A DNA stretch of 32,000 bases, taken from the NCBI GenBank assembly GCA_025839675.1, contig CP104013.1, positions 4,020,001 to 4,052,000 of the forward strand, given 5' to 3'. Under the pieces are notes generated by a model. That model was not told where the DNA came from. It saw nothing but the letters and a program-made list of their open reading frames with translations, and ran no database searches. Of the stretch, positions 25,129-32,000 are shown piece by piece; within the stretch, counting starts at the first letter, position 1, and each line of letters starts with the position of its first letter. A program made the position numbers and the translations under genes. Source of the DNA: Candidatus Lokiarchaeum ossiferum. Lineage in GTDB: Archaea; Asgardarchaeota; Lokiarchaeia; Sigyniarchaeales; Promethearchaeaceae.

Positions 25129-27186
25129 TCACTGAGGATTTTGAATTGGAAAATATAATTTGAATACTGTTCCTTGATTAGCTTCGGATTCAAAAGTAAT
25201 CCATCCGTCATGTTCTTGCATGATTGAATAACAACTGGCCAGCCCTAAACCATTTCCCTTTGTTTTAGTGGTGAAATATGGCTCAAAAATGTGTTTTTGT
25301 TGTTCCTTGGGGATGCCTTTCCCTTGATCTTCAAACGAGATTTGAATGTAAGTTCCTTGAGAAAGTGGGGTTTCATCTTGAAGAAATACTTCCTTTAATT
25401 CTATCGTAATCGTTATGATTCCTCCTTGGGGCATTGCTTGCTGGGCATTTAGAAGGAGATTGTCAAATAATTGGTTTATTTGGCCTGAGTCTAACTCAAT
25501 TTCTGGAATCTCTCCAATAATCTTAACATCTGTTTTAGATTTTGATCCCCGCATAGCTAATGAAATTGAATCATCGAGAATTTGAATTAAGGAATTTTTT
25601 GTTTTGATAGTGGGATTTCGTTTAGAAAAAGTGAGCAGTTTCTGGGTTAACTGTTTCGCCCTTTGACCTGCATTTGTCAAATCACTCAAAATTTCTTTTC
25701 CTTCGTGGGATAAATTGTCTTCGTATTGCAGGAGATCCACATTTCCTAATATGCTTACCAATAAATTGTTAAAATCATGGGCAATTCCTCCTGCTAATAC
25801 AGCAAGGGATTCAATTTTTTCAAAACGTAGTTGTTCAACCAAGATTTTTTTTTCTGCTTTCTTTAATTCGGTTACATCCCGTATTACCGATAAAACTGTA
25901 TTTTGTGATGTTGGAATGCATCGAGCTTCAAAATAATGCTTTTCACCTTTTATTTCTAATGAGTATGTTATTGATGTTATCTTTTTTTGATCAATTGCTT
26001 GCTCAATACATGCTTTTGTTTTAAATCCAACATCTTTTGGAATGAGATTAATGATTTTTTTTCCAATTTGGTGTTCTCTCGGTTGAAATAATACTTCTTC
26101 ATTACCAAAAATATCAATAACGGTTGTATCATAACTAACATGAAAAACAGCATCGGGCAAATTTTTTAGCAAAAGATCGATATCCCTCGAGTAATCTAAT
26201 CTTTCATAACCTCGAATATCTAAATGTTGGTCGATATAGACAATAAACGGGTGTGTACATATGATTCCACTTCGAATGAAAACCGATGTCAATTGACCTT
26301 TTGTAGAGATACACCTTTCATGCAATTCTGAGGATATTCTATAGTAGGATGATTCAAAACAAAATGGACATGAAAGTAGGATATATTCTTTCCCTCCATT
26401 CTTGGATATAGTGGGTTCCTTCTGGTTGCCTTTTATTTTTTTAGATGGGTACAAAATATTATCTGTATTGATTGTAGGTATACTTTCCAAATCTATTTTG
26501 AAATTCCCTTCATAGGCAAAATATACTGCAGTAAGGGTAAGTATGCACATAGTATAGTAAAACGGTCCAAAATTAAGATCAAAAACCAAATCCCACAATC
26601 CATCAAAGACATTTGTGATCCAAATGAGATTTTGCACTAAGCAAAATCGAAAGACATTTAACATCTTTTTTTTTGAGTAATTTGAGGTATGGTGAACAAA
26701 ATAGTATGCTTTGACCATAGCTGGTACAAATACGAGTAAAGATTGAATTAAAACCAAAATTTTGAGATATATGGTATGAAAGTAAGGAAAGTAGTAGAAA
26801 ATAATCAATGTCAATGAATAAGAATGCATTAACACTTTGATTATTTGACGTTTTTGGGAAAATGTCTTATTGATATAATTCATGAATGCTACGTTTGCTA
26901 ACAATAAAAATGTGCGCCCTAATGAACCCTCATCTATGATAAGCAAAACATAGGATGTATCCATACCTTCTGTATATAATCCCCACACAAATTTGCGCGA
27001 TGATTCCAAAAAAGTGGCAACGGTAAGAAATATATAATATAATACAAACCCTTTCAAAATAGAATTTTGTTTTCGTTTCCAGAGCAAATATAATTGAACA
27101 GTAAATATTAATAAAGCGACACCGATGAAAAATTCAATAAAACCATAAACCAAATTGCTTTCAAACAACCATTTTTTTAACATCAT
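25129..27186 (-). CDS. Membrane sensor histidine kinase: ~7 TM N-terminal domain, Cys/His zinc-ribbon-like module, PAS, HisKA, HATPase
   Basis: About 7 hydrophobic helices occupy aa 1-225. The module CPFC...C...C.H spans nt ~26191-26380. The PAS boundary is RDVTELKKAEK. The kinase boxes are H-box GIAHDFNNLL, N-box LLLNAQQAM, G1 FEDQGKGI and G2 GNGLGLAS. Confidence 0.85.
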   Translation of the reverse strand: MMLKKWLFESNLVYGFIEFFIGVALLIFTVQLYLLWKRKQNSILKGFVLYYIFLTVATFLESSRKFVWGLYTEGMDTSYVLLIIDEGSLGRTFLLLANVAFMNYINKTFSQKRQIIKVLMHSYSLTLIIFYYFPYFHTIYLKILVLIQSLLVFVPAMVKAYYFVHHTSNYSKKKMLNVFRFCLVQNLIWITNVFDGLWDLVFDLNFGPFYYTMCILTLTAVYFAYEGNFKIDLESIPTINTDNILYPSKKIKGNQKEPTISKNGGKEYILLSCPFCFESSYYRISSELHERCISTKGQLTSVFIRSGIICTHPFIVYIDQHLDIRGYERLDYSRDIDLLLKNLPDAVFHVSYDTTVIDIFGNEEVLFQPREHQIGKKIINLIPKDVGFKTKACIEQAIDQKKITSITYSLEIKGEKHYFEARCIPTSQNTVLSVIRDVTELKKAEKKILVEQLRFEKIESLAVLAGGIAHDFNNLLVSILGNVDLLQYEDNLSHEGKEILSDLTNAGQRAKQLTQKLLTFSKRNPTIKTKNSLIQILDDSISLAMRGSKSKTDVKIIGEIPEIELDSGQINQLFDNLLLNAQQAMPQGGIITITIELKEVFLQDETPLSQGTYIQISFEDQGKGIPKEQQKHIFEPYFTTKTKGNGLGLASCYSIMQEHDGWITFESEANQGTVFKLYFPIQNPQ

Positions 27187-27317
27187 GTCACTGGAATCTC
27201 CAATTCCTAGTTTTGTTTCAAGAACCTTAGTATATTGAAGCTTAAATACTCTTCAATTCGACAATTTTGTTCAGAATCAAAAAAAAATATATAGAGTTAA
27301 TCAAAAATGGAAAAAAA

Positions 27318-28550
27318 TTAAATTGAGATCTTTTGATCTTTTTGCATACAATATTCATGTAGAATTTTCAAGGATGCTTTTACAATTTCCGGCTCGATTG
27401 CTTCAACTTTATCATCGGGGGTATGGTAAACTGAAGCACGAGAATCATTTCCCCATGGCATAGCAATTAAAGAGGTTGCTTCTACTCCAATTTTTCCAAA
27501 TTCTCCTGCATCGGTTCCACCGGTAAGAAATGCGATGGGTTTTTTCGTTGCCTTGTATCCCTTTTGATGTGCAATTTGCTCACATTCTTTAGCCATTTTT
27601 TCGGATAAATTAACACTACCGTTGATGTCTGTTGTCAAAAAGAATAAATCATCTAAAGTGTAAAGACAATCCATATTGAAATTATACGTTGGAATTTTTT
27701 TTAATTCGTCTTCATGAAGTTTGCAATAGGCTCGCGCTCCACGTAATCCTGCTTCTTCTGCATCCCAACTCCCAAGAATAATTCTGGTGTGTTTCAATGG
27801 TTGACCATTTTTTTTCGCATTTGCTATGATATATCCCATTTGATTGGCTACCGCTACAGCGATCATATTATCTCCTGCACCGGGGGTTCCCTTATTTCCC
27901 CGAAAAAACCACATTTGTAAAACCAAAAGGAGGAGTATCGTGGCAGTAATTTTCCAGATCGTCCCTAATAGTGGTTCGCGTCCTGTAATAAGCTTAAATA
28001 TACTCCAAATAAGTGGGATTAAGAACATAAAAAACACACTTCCCAGTCCACCGTATAATCGAAGAGGGTACAATTTGGGCTGGTAATAAAGAAAATTGAA
28101 TACATACGCACAATCATGATGGCCGCTTATAATGATTTGCTGTTTGACCTCATCTTCAGGTTCAATTGTTCCAATCACATTGTGACCCGTTTTTTTTTGC
28201 CAAAGCGGATCAATAAACTCCTTATAGAAGAAAAACTCCATAACCATGGTTAAAATTCCTATGGAAATAAGCACAACGGAATAAAAAGGTCGTTGAATCC
28301 ATAAAAATACCGTCGAAATCACATATAAAATAACTAACAATCTAATATAACCCAGAAAGGCGTTGGGGGAAAAAGTGAATTTCTCAGTTGTTACCGAATC
28401 ACAATAAGATTCAAATTCTTTCTTTATCGAATCGGCAGCTTTTTTCGATCCTGGTGAACCGGCTAATCGTTCTCCCGAAGTTTGAATCATTCTTTCAGTG
28501 AATTCTAGGGTTAACTTCACATCAGAATATTGAATCATTTCATTAATCAT
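27318..28550 (-). CDS. M28 family metallo-aminopeptidase interrupted by two transmembrane hairpins
   Basis: The M28 ligand blocks are SGHHDCAY (His/Asp), TPGAGDNMIAVA (bridging Asp), GSWDAEEAGLRGA (Glu-Glu), LTGGTDAGEF (Asp) and VYHTPDD (His). Hydrophobic segments lie at aa ~65-85, 89-109, 165-185 and 197-216. Confidence 0.8.
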   Translation of the reverse strand: MINEMIQYSDVKLTLEFTERMIQTSGERLAGSPGSKKAADSIKKEFESYCDSVTTEKFTFSPNAFLGYIRLLVILYVISTVFLWIQRPFYSVVLISIGILTMVMEFFFYKEFIDPLWQKKTGHNVIGTIEPEDEVKQQIIISGHHDCAYVFNFLYYQPKLYPLRLYGGLGSVFFMFLIPLIWSIFKLITGREPLLGTIWKITATILLLLVLQMWFFRGNKGTPGAGDNMIAVAVANQMGYIIANAKKNGQPLKHTRIILGSWDAEEAGLRGARAYCKLHEDELKKIPTYNFNMDCLYTLDDLFFLTTDINGSVNLSEKMAKECEQIAHQKGYKATKKPIAFLTGGTDAGEFGKIGVEATSLIAMPWGNDSRASVYHTPDDKVEAIEPEIVKASLKILHEYCMQKDQKISI

Positions 28551-28707
28551 ATTGATTCTATGTTGACTCGCACTCTATTTAGAACTTTCTTCAGCCCAAA
28601 TTTTTTTTCTCAAATCATTCATGATAACGATGATAAGGACAGCAGGACATTTTTATTGATTTTTATTAATTTTAATGTCATTTTGCTCTTTATTATATAA
28701 ATTTCAA

Positions 28708-29520
28708 TTACCCTCTTGCTGGATTCTCCAAAATCTGGTCAATTAAGTGTTGTTTCTGAAAATCATGACCAGTCATATAGCACATAAAATCTTCCCTACC
28801 TAAAGTTTTTCGGCAAATTTGCTTGGTAGAATATTTTTTTTCCGCAAGAGATAGTACATTTTCTCTAAGTTGTTCCATATATGTAATCTTACCTTGAATC
28901 GCTTCTTTTCCATCTTTCACAATACCCTTAAAACCACAAAACACGGTTTTTACATCTAAAGCAACTAATTTTCTCAACGAGTGTAATGTTTCATAAAAAC
29001 TCTCTAGTTTGCGTAGATACATTATCTTTCGTCCTAAAAATAAATCTCCTGTAAATAACCATCCATTAGTCGGTTCAAAAAGACATATATGATCAATCGA
29101 ATGGCCGGGGGTATAAATCACTTCCAATTTATACTTGCCAATGGACACAGAGTCCCCTATTTCTGTTGCTGTAGATGGTTCTGGTAATTTCCATGCAATT
29201 TTCTGATAGGGAAGAAGTTTGAGAAGTTTTGGGTTTTCGATGATCTCCATTGCCTTTTTATGTGCCAATGTATTAATATTATACCTTTTTTGCAAAATCT
29301 GGTTATTTCCGATATGATCTTCATGCGAGTGGGTGATTATCGCCGTATTAATCTGAAATTTTTTTAGAGCTTCAAGAAATTCTTTTCTTCCTGATTTGCT
29401 TCCTGTATCGATTAATGTGTCTTCTAAAACAAAACAATGAACAGGATAAATTAATCTTCCAAATAACCGTTTTCCCATACGAATTATTGATATTGGACCA
29501 AATTGCCGAACTGAACCCAT
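28708..29520 (-). CDS. Metallo-beta-lactamase fold hydrolase
   Basis: The H-x-H-x-D-H motif is ITHSHEDHIG. Later ligands are YTPGHSIDH and FTGD. Confidence 0.8.
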   Translation of the reverse strand: MGSVRQFGPISIIRMGKRLFGRLIYPVHCFVLEDTLIDTGSKSGRKEFLEALKKFQINTAIITHSHEDHIGNNQILQKRYNINTLAHKKAMEIIENPKLLKLLPYQKIAWKLPEPSTATEIGDSVSIGKYKLEVIYTPGHSIDHICLFEPTNGWLFTGDLFLGRKIMYLRKLESFYETLHSLRKLVALDVKTVFCGFKGIVKDGKEAIQGKITYMEQLRENVLSLAEKKYSTKQICRKTLGREDFMCYMTGHDFQKQHLIDQILENPARG

Positions 29521-29636
29521 AAGCCTCTGTATGTGTTTAAGTTTCTAACTATATAATTGTTTTTTTATAGAATTTCATAAAATCATAAAAATAGCAGAAA
29601 TATTTAAACAATCTTTTGCCCAAGTAATATTTGGGG

Positions 29637-31553
29637 ATGAAAACGAATCCGCAAACAATTTTACTTGAAAAATTAGAACATTTCTTTACTACTGAAAGCA
29701 ATAAAATCCTTTCTTCACATGAAGTATGTCAAAACTGTAAAAAATCGTGTCTATCTAGTCAATTGAAAATATTCCGCTTTGAATTTATCCCATTGAATGC
29801 ATCGCGTCACATGTTAAAACAGTTAAGCAATCGCCAGAAACAACGCATGTTGGTGAAAAATGGAAACACTTTTGAGTTAAATCATAAGGATATGTTTGTA
29901 GTTCGGATTAAAAATTTATTTTTGAATGCTCGTTATCAAGTTCTTTGTAACTCGTGTTTTAGTATTGCCCGTCATCAATTCGAGTGGGATATTTTAGTGA
30001 ATCCTTCTTCCACAGATAAAGAATTAAAGGAAGTAATTCGAAATCTCATTAAGAAAGGAAGTAATTCGGATATTCTTGAATTATGCGAATTATTGACACC
30101 GAATATATCGAATCGTATGCGAAAAATTCCCCGCCATGTAAGACATATCTGGTTGTTGTTTTCATATTTTGCGAAGCGATTATTTCAACATCCTGTCGCT
30201 CAACCTCATGTCAAAGCTTGGATGCAAAAGTGGATGGGTTTTTTAGCTGAAAGCAATTTTATTTCATCCCAAATTGGAATCAGTATCTCCAAAAGCATTT
30301 TTGCTATTGACGATAAATCCCTATCCAATCATTTTTTTTCGATTCTATATAGCTCAGAGATGAATTATTTTAAATTTTTCAGATTAAATGGCGAAATGTA
30401 CTTTAATCACGCAATTTCCGCTTATCTTGTTGAATTTCAGGAAGAATCTAAAATTTCACCTCGCCAAATGGAAGATACTTTAAGAGGGCTAATTGCGGGG
30501 GGAAATCCTAAACAGATTGAGATTTTACTTGAAAAATTTCCTCAATTTTCAAAACAATATCAAGAAATCATCATGGAAGACCTTTTCTTCTTTGGATTTC
30601 GGAAGAATTTCACTCCCTTATTAGATCAACTCCTAAAAAAAGTGGACTTAGTTGAAGATCCAATAATAAAAAACGATCTTTATTCCATCTATACAAAATT
30701 GAAAAAAAATCTTAGTGATTTGGAAACAACTCGTCAAAAAACCCTTGATGAACAAAATCGGATGAATGACCTTGAACAGAAAAGAATAAAAATGCTTCAT
30801 CAAGAATGGATGAAAAAATCAGGGCCTTCTCCAAATCAAATGGCCTCCATCAGTTCGGAACTCATTACAAAAGTCTATAATCCAGTTATCGAAGCGCACA
30901 TTCAAACCTATCGCGAGGATTTGGAACTGTTTTTCACTACTCATACGAAACCAGTGATCGCTTTTGATAACGAGGAATTTCATAATCGAGTTTTTTGTAT
31001 TTTAGGGGTAGTGATATACCCAGATCTATCCTATTCAGTGAAACTAATTTCAGTTGATGATATTTATCCCATCAATGATTCTCACCGGGAATTGATGGAT
31101 GAAATGAAGACTTGGTTGAAATCGTTCCCGAGTTCTCAGGTAATTTCCCATGGGACAAATCAAGCAGAAGGACAAATTATCAAAGATGGGGGTCATTTTC
31201 AGATAAATACACAAGATGTTCTCCACGCGGCCAAATATTTCAACAATCATTATGCCCATCATCTGAAAGGCGAAGGTTTAAAGCATTTTGAAAAAATGAT
31301 TGAATTCGAAAGAAAAGCTTGCCCGGTATTAAAACATGAGATGAGTGGGAGTACATTTTTCAATCTTGCCGAAGTAAGTATGGATCAATTATTATGTGAA
31401 CAGCCTCTATCGGTTTGTGGAATCTGTCACCGAGAACAAGATGTGTTACTGTACTGTCTTGAGGATGCGTTTTCTTCCTTGCTAATTTACATTATTTTCT
31501 CAAATAAAGAACCAATTTTGTGTAAAAATCTCGGATATGAACTTCTAAAATAG
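29637..31553 (+). CDS. Large hypothetical protein: N-terminal Cys-pair (zinc-ribbon-like) region, central helical region, C-terminal RNase H-fold / DEDDy-like exonuclease-type domain
   Basis: I prefer the ATG at 29637; the track's TTG at 29631 is 2 codons upstream. The Cys pairs are CQNCKKSC and CNSC. In the C-terminal ~190 aa, VIAFDNEEF is ExoI D-x-E-like, NTQDVLHAAKYF..HHLKGEGLKHFEKMIEFERK matches blocks seen in YprB/COG3359-type domains, and YCLEDAFSSLLIY is ExoIII Y-x3-D-like. There is a Cys cluster CEQPLSVCGICH. Assignment is by motif reading only. Confidence 0.6.
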   Translation: MKTNPQTILLEKLEHFFTTESNKILSSHEVCQNCKKSCLSSQLKIFRFEFIPLNASRHMLKQLSNRQKQRMLVKNGNTFELNHKDMFVVRIKNLFLNARYQVLCNSCFSIARHQFEWDILVNPSSTDKELKEVIRNLIKKGSNSDILELCELLTPNISNRMRKIPRHVRHIWLLFSYFAKRLFQHPVAQPHVKAWMQKWMGFLAESNFISSQIGISISKSIFAIDDKSLSNHFFSILYSSEMNYFKFFRLNGEMYFNHAISAYLVEFQEESKISPRQMEDTLRGLIAGGNPKQIEILLEKFPQFSKQYQEIIMEDLFFFGFRKNFTPLLDQLLKKVDLVEDPIIKNDLYSIYTKLKKNLSDLETTRQKTLDEQNRMNDLEQKRIKMLHQEWMKKSGPSPNQMASISSELITKVYNPVIEAHIQTYREDLELFFTTHTKPVIAFDNEEFHNRVFCILGVVIYPDLSYSVKLISVDDIYPINDSHRELMDEMKTWLKSFPSSQVISHGTNQAEGQIIKDGGHFQINTQDVLHAAKYFNNHYAHHLKGEGLKHFEKMIEFERKACPVLKHEMSGSTFFNLAEVSMDQLLCEQPLSVCGICHREQDVLLYCLEDAFSSLLIYIIFSNKEPILCKNLGYELLK

Positions 31554-31583
31554 CGCTTACTTTTTTGTTTAACACATTACTCT

Positions 31584-31997
31584 TTATCGAAATGTCGAGA
31601 TCTCTCCCTTTCGGATCCACTTATCATCAATATGGGTATACATTGTGATCCATGCGCACACAAAATCCAAATTAACAATGCTACCATCATCCATTTTGCG
31701 CTTTCCAACAATTTTTACTTTGACTAGTGACCAAGCAATTGAACCATCATCTGCAATTTCTATGATGGGTTCCATGATATCCTCGTATTGAGAGAAAGTG
31801 GTGTTATAGAGATAGTTTGTAAATTGCGTTCGAATTTCTTCAACTGTCGGATAATCAATATCGCCATCTTTAATTCGCATGTAATTTTTGTCAATATCTT
31901 TAGTAAACCAGTCCAAATTCTTATCCCAATGTGCTTGTATCATGTCTTTGTGGAGCTGATGAATTTCTGCTTTCCATTTTTTCATGCTTGATTTCAA
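31584..31997 (-). CDS. NTF2-like / SnoaL-like (DUF4440-type) small protein
   Basis: 137-codon ORF starting 3 nt from the window edge. The pattern is an N-terminal helix (AEIHQLHKDMIQAHWDKNLDWFTKDI) followed by beta strands ending in DFVCAWITMYTHIDDKWIRKGEISTF, which is typical of cone-shaped NTF2-fold proteins. Confidence 0.5.
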   Translation of the reverse strand: MKSSMKKWKAEIHQLHKDMIQAHWDKNLDWFTKDIDKNYMRIKDGDIDYPTVEEIRTQFTNYLYNTTFSQYEDIMEPIIEIADDGSIAWSLVKVKIVGKRKMDDGSIVNLDFVCAWITMYTHIDDKWIRKGEISTFR

Positions 31998-32000
31998 TAC

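Overview
The window is AT-rich (roughly one-third G+C by eye), gene-dense chromosomal DNA that I assign to an archaeon. The strongest evidence is an intron-containing tRNA-Tyr(GUA) at 4491-4617 with a C1:G72 acceptor pair, which is the archaeal/eukaryal tRNA-Tyr identity pair. Supporting evidence is compact prokaryote-type gene packing, Shine-Dalgarno-like AGGTG/GGAG boxes 6-9 nt upstream of many starts, and oligo-T tracts after genes. The N/K/I-rich proteins and the mix of TPR, longin/roadblock-like and many PAS sensor proteins resemble AT-rich uncultured lineages such as Lokiarchaeia-type Asgard archaea. That lineage call is inference only. I support about 27 protein genes and one tRNA. There are three groups. 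(i) Cell-surface proteins: a beta-helix/PKD glycoprotein with a PGF-CTERM-like tail and a small Thr-stalk anchored protein. (ii) An unusually dense set of signal-transduction genes: a cytoplasmic MCP with tandem Cys-bearing PAS modules, two PAS histidine kinases, two receiver proteins, a TetR regulator and a TPR protein. (iii) Hydrolases and phosphatases: M24B and M28 peptidases, a GH13 alpha-glucosidase, a DUF89 phosphatase, a histidine phosphatase, a membrane-anchored purple-acid-phosphatase-like enzyme, an alpha/beta hydrolase and an MBL hydrolase. There is also an orphan beta-class DNA methyltransferase, a GNAT acetyltransferase and several lineage-specific hypothetical proteins. I found no CRISPR array, transposase, integrase, rRNA or obvious prophage. 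I cannot point to a clear multi-gene novel system. The best candidates for new biology are single genes or gene pairs with unusual architectures: the Cys3-PAS MCP, the 7TM kinase with a zinc-ribbon-like module, the Zn-finger/RNase H-like 638-aa protein, the longin-like protein next to an orphan methyltransferase with a C8 tract, and the M28 peptidase interrupted by TM hairpins. All functional calls come from motif reading by eye, with no searches run.
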